A stretch of 64,000 bases of DNA from Hyphochytrium catenoides. Taxonomy: Eukaryota; Protista; Hyphochytriomycota. The notes beneath the pieces were generated by a model. That model searched no databases and was not told where the DNA came from. It worked only from the letters and a program-made list of their open reading frames with translations. Numbering within the stretch: the first letter of the stretch is position 1; every line of letters begins with the position of its first letter. The DNA lies in contig FLMG01000135.1 in assembly GCA_900088475.1 (NCBI GenBank), positions 1 through 64,000 of the forward strand, given 5' to 3'. Both the position numbers and the translations under genes were made by a program. Shown here in pieces: positions 52,701-64,000 of this stretch.

Positions 52701-54324
52701 ATTCTGTCTACTACTTCTGGTAGTATCGCGGTCACGAAAGTATTTGTTCAATCGCCCGGCCTGAGCTCTCATTCGTCTTATCATCCGCCTTTTATATAAA
52801 AAACATAGGGAAAGAGACAAGCAGGTAAACGTTAGGCTTTCAGCGAAGAGCTTAGGTGAGGTTTGAAGCGCAGAAGAGACAAAGAAAGATAGTTTGGGGT
52901 TAGATTGAGGCGCACAAAATCAGTAATGGAAGGGTAAAAAGGTGGGGACGCATCTTTAAAGCATTGTTAGGGCAGTAGAGGAAGGCAAGCCATGAGAGCA
53001 GAAGAGGAGGCAAGCCATTCATCCCTACCTAGTAGATTGTGCTTTTGGTAGCTTTGCAGGCGGCAGTGGCGTCAAGGCAATCTGATATGGCGGAAGCATC
53101 AACTCTCTAAAGAGCCCAAGGTCACAGGCAATAGTGGCTGGGTCCGCTCGCTCATAGCATTGCTCATGCATTGCCTGGTGGCACCACAAGCAGCGATAGC
53201 CCCTAGAGGCGAGAATACTGCCACAGAACATTCTAAACACGTAGCAGCAACGGAACAAGGAGGAGAAGAAAGGAAATTAGCTTTCTGGCCCAAAGAGAGA
53301 GTGAAACAGGCTTTAGAAAATCTAAGATGCAGAGCGCCGGTGCCACATGTGCTCTTAAATTCAAAGTACGGAGGCAGGGGACTCATAAGTACTAGAGGGT
53401 CTGCGGAAAGAGAAACTAGATGAAGAATGTGGGAGTCAGGTTCGCTTGTATCCTTCACATGGACTCCACCTTACCCGCAGTATTGGCATATATCAAGAGC
53501 ATCTACGTTTCCCTTAACTAGATGATGTTTGAAGGTGGAAGGAGAACAGAGCGGAGGAGAAGTCGTTGGGGAGGTCGAGTGGTGCGATGCACCCGTCGAC
53601 TGCTGTTGGGGATCAATTATGACGCCAGGAGACTTGCAAGGTGGGAGCCGACTGGCATGGGAGCGCTGTACACAACGAGCATGGGCGTACGAGAGACAGA
53701 CGCCACAGCAAACTGGCTGTGACCTGATGCCCATGAGTACCTTGCAGCAGATGTTANNNNNNNNNNNNNNNNNNNNNNNNNNNNNNNNNNNNNNNNNNNN
53801 NNNNNNNNNNNNNNNNNNNNNNNNNNNNNNNNNNNNNNNNNNNNNNNNNNNNNNATGGTGGAGTCTGAAAGCGTCAAGAACAGGTGTGGTCATCCGCTGT
53901 CTCCTTGAGCAAGCTAATCGCAGTAGATCCACAGTCAGGGACAAGCTAAGAGGATGGGAGAGAAAAGGATAGGAGAATGAAGTTGAGAGTCAGGACCCTT
54001 GAGGGTCAAGAAAGAGGTTTCGCACCCTTGGGTCTTGGCGGCCACCCAATGGTGCTTGCCTAACTGTGCAGTACTGGCACTTTGAGCTGAGCTACCGAGT
54101 TGCCTCAGCCCTCTGATTGGGATCCAAAGTACTCGCAGCCCGATGACCAACAATGTCAGGGTGACCAGAGACGATAGAGCAAGCACAGCTCCATCCTCTG
54201 TGTGGAAGCCTTGACTGAGCTTTGTGCTGTAAATCTCAAAGATCTGTGTGAGGTTCTGCAGCTGGTAGGTTGGAGGAGTAACAGAATGGTTTGTGGCCTC
54301 CATCACGGTTGAGGCAGTAGGCAT
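49797..54324 (-). CDS. Diacylglycerol kinase (epsilon-like: N-terminal TM helix, two C1 domains, DAGKc/DAGKa)
   Basis: Hydrophobic N-terminal helix, C1 His/Cys patterns, [61 protein letters not shown]. Confidence 0.94.
50729..50751 (+). repeat. (AG)11 microsatellite forming the polypyrimidine tract of a DGK intron
   Basis: Perfect dinucleotide run; on the sense (minus) strand it reads (CT)n just before a TAG acceptor. Confidence 0.85.
53757..53854. other. Assembly gap (N run)
   Basis: Run of N inside the DGK C1 region. Confidence 1.
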
Positions 54325-54699
54325 GCCGCTCTAGTCGATAAACCTGCTTCTGGGGATCTCATCTCCTCCAGCCGTGGCTGCAAGCTATGCCAAACACTGA
54401 GTGCTGTTCTCTTTCTGGCAAATAGGTCCGGTCCGCCATTCTCGGAGCAGTCTATCCAGCAAGTTATGGGGCGCCAAAGGAATCAGGGACAGCTCATTGC
54501 AGGAGAAGGAGTACAGATATTGGAACAGCCAGCACAAAAGGCCAGCTGCAGCTGACGGCAAGTAAGGCTATCCCCAGATCCTGAGCTAACTTCTCTCTGA
54601 GCTGTATGGGTCGACGAAGCGACGAAGCGGGTGGTTTCTGCACGGTGAGCGAGAGCCAAGGTGCTGTCATCGGAGCTGGAGATCAGAACACCGAAAACC

Positions 54700-54835
54700 C
54701 TCTCTCCCATTCTCCCTGTTCTCTGTCTCTCTCTCTGTCTCTCTGTCTTTCTCTCTCTCTCTCCCTTCTTCCCTTTCTGTCGCTGTGTACGTGTGTCTGG
54801 TCTCTGTCTCTCTCTCCTTCTCTTTCTTCTCTCGT
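54700..54835 (+). repeat. CT-rich low-complexity tract upstream of DGK
   Basis: Imperfect (CT)n/(CTGT) arrays. Confidence 0.85.
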
Positions 54836-55287
54836 CCCCGGTTCGCCTTTTTGGCTCATCTGTCACGAATCACTGTTCTCTGTTTCACTTTCATCCGCCA
54901 CATCGCATAACCCATCCTCTCTCTCTTGCCCAGTTAGATATCTCTTCCCTGCTCTGTCTCGTCATCCTAACCTCTCCGTCCTTTCTGTCAATACAACAGC
55001 GAAAGATAAACGATGCTCTTCATCCTCCCACAGATAAGGCCTTATTAGTAGTATTGTATCTGTGACAGAGTTACGTTACCCTCGCTGTGACCTGTAAGAC
55101 TCACCCTCAACAGCGCATCAGTAAGGATGGCCGCGGAAGTGGACGGAGAAGAAGTTAAAGAGAAGGCTCGCGATTTTTGTTATCTCTAGGAAGCCTACGT
55201 CTTCATCTGTCAAGCTGAAGGTGGAAGGAGGGCTTGAAGGAGCGGTTCTCTATCTGTAGTTATTAGTCTGCACTAGTACAACCATCC

Positions 55288-58200
55288 TTACTCCTGAAGC
55301 TCCAGGTCGAGCACCTCCTCCTCATCATCTGAGACCACCTCATCGTCTGCGTCTGCAGTTGCCATCCGTGTGCTCTTGCTTCTTGAGATACCTGAGACAT
55401 CCATGCAGTTCCGTTCATGAGGGTGTTTGTACTCTAATTGAAGCGCCAAGAAGATGTCAAGCTCGTCGCGACAATGGACTTGCTTCTGGAAGCTTGGTAA
55501 CAGCTTGGCGTTCCTCACGGCCAGTTCCTTATCCGAAAGCTTCCAGCCAGTCTTCTTCGCGTAGGTTCTCATACTCCTAGTTTACCGCCGTTAGTCATAC
55601 AGTGATCTCCCTTGCGGGATACGAGAGTCCCAAGGGTTTTCAACGTTTTAAAGCGTATCCCCATAATTGGACGCCAACTCGTCTCTAAAGAAGCTCACCA
55701 CCGTAATCTCTTTCCTGTCCGAAAAAGTTCTCTCTTCGTAGTCTCCTCTTCCCACTATTCCCTTTTTCAAAGCTCTTCAATCCGGAGAAGGTTAAGGCGA
55801 GCTCACCTATTGAAGTGATCACTGCCCGTGAAGTACAGCAGGGCGAGTGGCCATTGGTGGAAGGGATACGTCTTCATATCAAGCCTCCGATGCAGAGCGC
55901 CACCCTTTCCTTGGAGACGGCAAACTCCCATATACGTGTTCGAGACATCGGCTCGGCGGCCCCGATTTGGCAGCTTTAGATGGTCAGTCAGGAAATTTTC
56001 CTTGGTCAACTAGGAGGACATCGCAGTGAAGAGAAGGGAAAGCTGTCACTCTTTGCTAGTACTAGAAATGGGCGTGCCTGTAGATTAGGGATTGGAACTC
56101 CCAGGAGGACAAGGCTGCAAGTATGTATAAGACAGACAAGTACAGGCAGACACAGTGGGCACTGTGTGATGGACAAAAAAGTGGCAAGTCTTCAACGGAA
56201 TCACCCCAAAACCTAACTCGTAGAAGAACTGCGACACAGAACCGTGAGGCGCTGAAATGGGTGAGATACAACGAAGCCCTTTGGAGGGGATATACTGAGG
56301 ACCTTTTCAACTAAATCTGGGAGAATATTTCTGCCTCTATAGGTCTCATGGGTTATGAGCACGTCCACATCCCCACAGGAAGCCTTTCCTCTTCGAAATG
56401 AACCGCACACAAGGCAGCGGGCTCCTAGAAGTAAAACGCATTACTCACCCGCAGTCCGGTAGCATCGAAAGTGTAGACAGGTCATGAAGCTCTGTCAAGG
56501 TGAATTCACTTCAACAATCAAGTTGCTAGCAAGAGAGCTGCAGAGAGCCTTTGTGGAAGGAGAAGTGGTACCTGGGATGAGCTCGTTCACGGCCTTGAGC
56601 ACTACCTGACGTATTTCTTCCACCTCTTCCCTCGGAATTCTCACCAGCAAATCCTCATAGCGCTTGAGCCCTATCATCTGCGGTGGAGACACAGCATCAA
56701 AAATAAAAGCACAAAAAGCAATGGCCAGCTGTCCCAATCCTCCTTGTATCTCACCCTTTCATCGGAGGAATCTACTGCGTTTCTGTTCGTCTTCCCCTTT
56801 AGTCGTCCCTCGTATTGGTCTCCCGTGACCTCTCCCTTCCCTATGGAGCATCTATCAACACGATGGCGGGCACCTGGTTCTGGTCAAAGCCCAACTCTTC
56901 GACGTTTTTTTCTCGGAGTTGCTCTATGGACCTAAAGCCTCGCGAGTAGAGAGACCGCGCTGTTGCTGGGCCAACCCATGGAATTTTACTAAAGGCAAGA
57001 AGCACTGCCACATCTTCTCGGTCTCCTTTTTCCTTCACGGCACGCAGACTTCCCGTTGAGAGTATCTCTTCTATCTTTTCCAGGAAACCTTGTCCTACGA
57101 ATCTGTACTTTTTGACCTGCTTGCCCATTCCATTCCAGGATTTATTTATCAGATCAAAGGGAGGAAAGTATGGTAAGTTTACCTGGGTAACTGACGTAAC
57201 CTTGAACGGAAGACTTTTGAGAAGGGAAACCACTCTCTTGTACCCCAGGACTCGAAATGGAGATTCCTCGGTGACCTCATAAATCTTTTCAGCAGAAGGG
57301 ACAAGAACGCATATCATTAGTAAGAGCTACGTCCGCTTATGAAAGAAGAGTCAGAAAAGGCCATACATCGATCATAGGCTCAAGAAACTTTGTCAAATGT
57401 TCATTGAAGTTTCTCGTCACAGACTTCTGGCAGGCGAAGGCCTCCTTCTTTGGTACTTTCCATCCCGACAGCCGCGATGCTTCATGAACAAATTTAACCC
57501 ACGAGTTCCGTCTATAAAAGTCACGAAGTCGTTGGAGGAGATAGTCAGGAGTGATGGGCAACAACTCATCCTGACTTTGCAGGAGAGGTATCTGTGACTC
57601 AACAAGGCAAGTGGAAGGAATGGTCAAGCCACCCTTTGCCGTCTTCTGGCTGAGCCATTGCTCCACCTCTTCCTCGCCTTCCACTGAACTAGGACGCTTC
57701 GTAACCTCTGATTCCTCTTCTTCTGAGGTGTCTACATGCCGCCGTCTCTTTGATGGTGGAGGTATCAGCAATTGCTTGTCAATGGCTGCCTCTTCCCTGC
57801 CATATGACGGACGGTTAGATGTAGCATTCAGACAAAAAGCAAGAAATTCGTATCTTCAACTCACTCGGCTTTAGCGTAGCGAATGGCTTCGTACCGAGCC
57901 ATCCAGCGGAATCTCTCTAGGTCGCCCGGACGTTTGCTCTTTTGTGTTTCTATAACCCATTCAGGGCACTGGAACATCCGCGTGGATAAGATGGAAATAA
58001 TCTCTGAGAGAATAAATTTTTCACGAAAGTTCTTCGATGCCCAGTCAGCCAGAGCATCCAGCTGCAAGTGATCATCTACGATAACGACGCTAACATCCGG
58101 AGAATAGCACATGGTAGTAGTTGCGCCCATGCTCTCGGCCTTACTTTTAAGCAGCCTTTGGCGAGTGAGCCCCATTCGCTCCCCCAGTGGGAGGATGAGG

Positions 58201-58745
58201 ATTTTCCAACCTTGCAAAGCTGAGGACCCAGGCACGCTAGTCGTCTCCTGTGAGGGCAACCTCAGAAAGGGAAAGGTTTCTAATGGGGTCTTCTTAGGTA
58301 CTTCTGGAAGAGACTTCTGCTTCGTTATCGATTCATGTGGTGTTTTGGATAGGCATACTGGAAGCGACTTCTGCTTCTTGATCGAGTCAGTTGGCTTGAA
58401 GTTACTCTTTTCGAGCTGACTTGGAACATGTTTCTTTAGAGAAGAGTCATCTGTGGTTTCTTTGTGCTCTGCCCTGCTCTCAGGACTGTTGTGGTCGGTC
58501 AGATTTGCAGTCGGTGCGATGGTTGATTGCATGTCAGACCTCTTATTGGCAAGCTTTTCGAGGTCCGCGCTTTCATGCAAAAGAACAGCGCGAACTTCTT
58601 GAGAAAGATAGGTGGCTTCAGTTTGGAGTTGGGTAGTACCATCTTTATGGGCAGTAGGTTGCAAGGAAACAATGTTTCGAGCAAAGCAACTGGCAAAGCT
58701 TAGACGCCGGACCAGTCGTGCTTTCTCTTCTTCCTTTGAAGGCAT
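55288..58745 (-). CDS. POLL: X-family DNA polymerase lambda with BRCT domain
   Basis: BRCT (MGLTRQRLLKSKAESMGA..PEWV), 8-kDa domain (FRVLGYKRVVSLLK), HhH (IPWVGPATA), CGSFRRGKASCGDVDVLITH, HRRLDMKTYP, LLYFTGSDHFNR-MR, FLALQLEYKHPHER. Confidence 0.92.
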
Positions 58746-60472
58746 CACCTTCTAACAACTTCTTTTTCTTTCCTAGAAGGGACACAGGAAAGTTTGCGTG
58801 GAGACAGGATGGCTAGGGCCCGATCGCAAGGAGTCGTCCAGCAATCACCTGACCTAGCTCCCAGCCGGATTGTATAATCCGACATGATGTTCGGCTGTCA
58901 TCAAACCAAAAGGTATATGGCCAGCACTAAGATTGCCTGACCATTTGAGCGATAGCCTCAGCCGTTTGGTAGCGGTAGAACTATGAGGTCCAACACACGA
59001 TGCTGGCCAAGCTTGCAACCAAGGGTAGATCTACAAGCCAGTCGTCATCAACCTTTCGGTTGAAGTCGCTGAGTGGAACGGTTGAGACACTCTTCAGGTA
59101 TTCTACAGTTCTACGACAGACAGCGCTGCACACCCAACAACCAACAGCCAAGACACATATTATTCCCTGCAAAGACTCGCTAACGGCTAGAGATATAGAG
59201 CTGTCCGTAGAGCTTCAACATCAGAATCGTACAATGCAAGTGAAACTCTCTTATAAATCTAGCTCATAGAACTAGTTCTGGCACATTGAGAGCGGCTTAC
59301 TTCTTGTTCCACTCCTCCAGTCTCGACGCCACGCGCTGCCGCTTCGGCAGCAATTTATCCTAAATTGAATTGCGACTGCGTAAAACGAGTTTCTAAGATG
59401 GAGGAATCTTTGAATTTGAGACTGGAGCCGTTGCCTCAGTTTCCAATTTCCTGAACACTGACCTCATCACGGACAAGCGGCTTTGGTTTGGCAACGTTTG
59501 TGTGCAAAAGAGGCAGTGATACCACTAACACTAGGGGCTAAATCAACGACACGACGACATGGCCGAAGGCGATCTCTCATTAGTTGCCAGTACCACGCAG
59601 ATCCTCAAAGCTTCTGTGGCGCATTCTTCAAGCTGCAGAATGCGCTAATCACGGTGATGAATGCCTTTCAGAAAAGGCGCAGAACTATATCGGACTACAG
59701 AAACTCTTGTGTGAATAACACCAACGGGACTTCTGCGCGGTTTGAAGAAGACTTTTTGAAATCTCTCATTGCTGCGATAGAAGAGTTTGCTGACCATCTG
59801 ACCAAATGTGCCGCCGAACAAATACCTATTTAAGAGACCTTAGATCGCCCTCCTGCGTGATAACCGCAGGCAAATGATGTCACCAGTGGCTGACCGCCTC
59901 ACTTAGGACGTCCTTATACTTATGATAAAGGCACACAGGCAATGAACACTCACAGAGGCATTATTGGGGAGCTATGGCGAAGTGCAGGGAGATCAATTGA
60001 TCGTAACCTAAACCTTTATTCCAAGCGCGACAGTCGTACTATGTATGACTGTCACGTCTCCTTTGCACCTAGTCTCACCGGTGATTTGTCCGCTTATACA
60101 GTCGACTGACAATAAATAGTGTGGTCCTTCTTTCTGAGAGTTGAGTTGTCTTGAGGAAGACAACGTTTGTGCGGTACTTTGGCCCAAGAGGGGCCCGGTA
60201 GAAAAGAGCCTGTCCATGATCCTGAGAGACGACAAGACCGCCATCAGCCACCATAAGGATTCTGGCAATAACCAAGCAAATCGCCAGTGACAAGTACCCA
60301 TTGCATGATGTCTCTTTTTCATGCTTACGTTGAGTTGGGCGATCTCTGGGCTATCGAGATATTGTGACTGACACTATCACAATGCGAGATAGCGTCATGC
60401 TGGTTCCATGGTTGCAGCATACCCAGCCCACAAGCCAAGACTCAGGGTGCTACCGAGGCAGCATCCAGCTTC

Positions 60473-61355
60473 TTACGAAAGGCGCAGCCGGTTCTCAAAG
60501 CCATCCAACTCCTGAACTTCGAGTGCCTCAACACATTGCTTTGAATTGACAGGAACGTCATAGACCAGAGTTCCTCGTTTGAAGTCGTCAATCTTCTTCC
60601 GATGACCTGGACCGAGAGAGGTTGCCCAAGCGTCACTGCGACAAGCGCGGTTGAGGTCTTCTGAAGTGATAGCCCGGTGGTTAATAGGCTTTCTAGGCAT
60701 CACTTGCTGAGTAAGATGGTCCAAACCATTCTCATTGCCGCAAGCTTTTAATTTACTTCTCGAGGCCTTCAAGATCACTGAGCGTTTTCTTGGCGGAGGA
60801 TTGGATGCTTCGCTATCACTGGCTTCCGACCCACTTGACTCAGAGCCATCATCTTTTGCGCAATACTCTGTAGAACTGAGTCGCGCAATTGCAGATTCTT
60901 GCGCGGCCTTTTTCAACACGTAGTACTCTTTTCTTTCCAATGACTCTTGATATCGCCTTTGCTTGTTGCCTGCGAAGATCATGGTGAGAATTTTGGTTGT
61001 CGGGTCTAGAAGAGCTGCGGTCAGTCTTACGACGATGGCTTTCAAGCTTTCTCTGGCGTTCATCCATTAGGATCCTCTGGACAGCTTCCATCTTTTGCTG
61101 GAGGGGAACGCCGGCATGAGGTTCGACCAATAAATGACTGCCATCCTTCTTTAATCTATTGTTGGAAGAGTGTGGTCTACTACTTCTTGATAAATCTCCC
61201 TTTTCTGAAGGGCTACTAAAGCGTCTAGGAGAAGAGCCACAGCTGCCTCCTGGCTGATAGCTCGCAGCAAGCTTTCTCTGGAAGGAGCGATTCTCGTGGT
61301 GCTTATCCTCCTTCCTTACCTCGAGCAGTGCTTCAAAATCTTCGATATCTAACAA
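60473..61355 (-). pseudogene. Two overlapping ORFs in different frames, possible frameshifted or spliced remnant of an unknown gene
   Basis: ORFs 60849-61355 and 60473-61063 are charged, Ser-rich and protein-like, but no domain is recognisable. Confidence 0.3.
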
Positions 61356-62696
61356 AGATTTAAGTCTGGAAATTAGAGGCGATAGGCAGGGAAAGTACTT
61401 CTACAGGGGGCAATACCTTTGAAGACCCGAGATATGCCAGTCGATTGAGACATGGTAAGTACTATCGCACTCCCAAGACTATGGACGCCAATTAGGCCGA
61501 CTCGCTTAGCCGCATGGCTTTTGCGCGCCTTCCAGGTCACATTGACGTTCAGGAACCCCGATATATAAATTGCCCGTGGCACAACATGGTTAGGATTCTG
61601 GCTGTGGGCTATACCTCTGAAGACAACGCTCTAATCACCCCATTGTGATGATTCAGCCAGACCGATAGCCATTGTGCATCGCGGTGCCGTATTTAGCGCT
61701 CGGGACGTGAGACATGCTTCTTCTGTGCCACTCCTATCCCCAGAGACCCAATGCCAGATGATCAATAGAAGAGCTTATAAAGAGACTCAAGAAAGTGTTC
61801 TGGTCTTCATCACCCATTTGTGGTGAGCACCTGCTGTCATTTGCTATGGACTCATTCCAGTCAGGCCACTTCCTAAATGTTCATTATCAAGACAGTCAAA
61901 CTTTTTGTCGTCAGGTATAGTTCTACTACTTGTAGTTCTACCCAGTCCTGTCTCCTGCACTACGAGTAAAAGTGATGCACTGACAAGAACCGTCCGTTAC
62001 ATGCGGTCTGTACACTCTGAACCCAAGAAAACTGACAGAGCTTTACAAGAACAACAATTGTGTCATCCAACGCGTCGCCCTTCCCGAAAGTCATACGGAT
62101 TTGGAACTGTTCAGGTTCTAAATCAAGTGCTATTGATGGGCGATATTAACCGCCATACATTCATAATCAGTCCATAATTGCGCGCGAATTCCCGCCATTT
62201 ACGCACTTCATAAAGTCTACGACTGGTTTTAACTCCGCTTGCGGCAGGTTCAACACACTATTATAAAACCATAAGCCCACGTAAAAGCTCTGAATCAAGC
62301 ACAATAAGTACTTGACAGTAAAGCCCCTATTGCGGAGTCTGGTTTGAACTTGGCGTAAATGTCCTTTGAAATTCCTTTTCGGTACACTCGAATATAAGGG
62401 TTCCTCAGACACAGGCTACTCGCCTCATCGTTGTATTTGTACTATGGCAAACCTAGAGCATCTCGCTTCTCGCCGGTGCTGCCCGTGATGTTCCCACCAG
62501 AGTCTGTCTGAGCGACTACTAGGAGCGCAGGTTGACTTGCTCGAAGCTTCAGCTGAGAGCCGTCACAAATCAATCGGAGACGTGACTGTCATTGGCCTTA
62601 GCGAGAGTCCGGCAGGCCCCGGTTTGCAGTGAGAAAGTCTTGACAAGTGAGGTGTGAATATAGGAAGGTTTGAGGTGGGTGTAGTCCTTCGTTAAG

Positions 62697-64000
62697 ATGG
62701 ACATAAACAGGGTGCGGCCTCCAGCAGTAACCAACTGCCAAGTCGTATGGAACTATATCACATCGTATGATCAGTGGTGGCCAAGCATTGCTTTCACGTG
62801 CTTCGATGAGATGGAGAAATTTGGCCTTCAATCTTCGGTCGAGCAGATCATTCTAGAAACTCAATTTGTGGATATACCAGAAGACAAGCTCATATTCCGA
62901 CGGTTAGGGTCTAACGTGACGGTGATGAAGGACAACACGCAGGTAAGCCCTATTCTTAGTAAGATGTGGTGCACTTCTAACTCTTACTTTAAGACATACG
63001 TGCTGCCGTACGAAGCGAACTACGAACGTCTGAGCAAAGCCGTTCCGAAGGATATGGACCTAAAACATGAATTTTTGGCGGGCCTTGAAGAAGCAAACCG
63101 CCTAATTCGGCTTAGCAAAGAGGATGTGAGTCTTTTATGACCGTTACGTGAACTCCTTCGCCCCGCTTACTGTTTATTGCAGCCAAAGGCTACCCCTATC
63201 CGCCAGCTCCCTTTCGGTAGGAACGGCAGCACAGGCAACACCGGAGATCAGATCCAGGGAAAAGATAAGCTAACATCTAAACAAAAGTGGAAAGCTGTGG
63301 CGCGAGACCTCAAAGCTTCTGGCTGGACGGAGTGGAAAGGGCCTCAGAAAACCATATATTTTAGGCCAGGTATCTCGCCAGGCGAGGGCATCCTTGGTAG
63401 AGACTTCTTTCACGGGGAAGAACAAGTGTTGCGCTATTTGGCTCGGATGGAATCAAAAGACGATGACAGGTTGCCCCAGATAGACAGACTGTCTGAGAGA
63501 AAACGAAATCAGGCATTACACTCACCGCACCACCCTGAGGAAGTTCGCTCTGAGTCTCCAACAGGGAGTGATGCTGCAGCAGTCAACCAGGCTTTACCGT
63601 CCGCGATCAATACAGGAGCGTGCGATCAGAAACAGAATCTTCTGATGGCTCCCGAGTCTATAGCTAACGTGGTGGTTGCTACCCTTTCAACCTTCGCCAA
63701 CGCCCTCCTCAGGATGGATCAACAAGTGGGGGCCGGAGTTGGGAGCAGCGCTTTTGCTAATCCTCAGGCTCTTCAAAGCTTGACAGCTATTCTAGCAGCT
63801 AATGCCTTACCTGTGTCAACGGGCACTGTAGGCGGTCTAGCAGACCTGATGCGAGGACTCGGGTCCAAGTCAACAGACAAAGTGTTACTTGAGAAAGCAT
63901 CAGATGGTGCAGCCGCTTTTCAATCTGACAGTCGCACGGAAGGTTCCTCGAGTGTTGGACTAGCCACTGGTCTGTCCGGTAAGGATATGAGCTCCTCAAT
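62697..64000 (+). CDS. PWWP-like domain protein with stramenopile W..L...GW...Y.RP...G.DFF.GE domain (5' part; runs off window)
   Basis: VVWNYITSYDQWWPS...FLAGLEEA (PWWP-like). After an intron (~63126-63182) an open frame runs to the window end and contains KWKAVARDLKASGWTEWKGPQKTIYFRPGISPGEGILGRDFFHGEEQVLRYL. Confidence 0.7.

Overview
Gene-dense, intron-rich eukaryotic nuclear DNA (roughly 50% GC by eye, short GT-AG introns with CTAAC-like branch points, standard genetic code in the conserved exons I read). It is most likely a stramenopile, inferred from lineage-typical domains. The first ~3.9 kb is a mosaic of mobile-element debris: scrambled Ty1/copia RT fragments, a 323-bp solo LTR with a perfect 5-bp TSD, a CACTG-type DNA-transposon end, and a copia gag/protease remnant running in frame into a host Myb-like domain (RRGGKWT..EE..GTTLRSFL..CDPMRVSKK). 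The rest holds spliced genes, in order: ICE2/NARG2-like with a CCCH finger, SWI3/SMARCC with the MarR-BRCT-chromo N-terminal module, PDCD7 (U11/U12-59K), kinesin-13, a non-catalytic M16 subunit (MPP-alpha/core 2), a triple-PZP + bromodomain + Tudor chromatin reader, proteasome beta-7, UTP20, an unrecognised Cys-rich type I membrane protein, UMP1/POMP, diacylglycerol kinase, BRCT-containing DNA polymerase lambda, ~3.8 kb of unassigned or decayed ORFs, and a PWWP-like protein running off the window end. Gene boundaries were spliced by eye and are approximate. All family calls rest on recognising motifs from memory, not on database searches.
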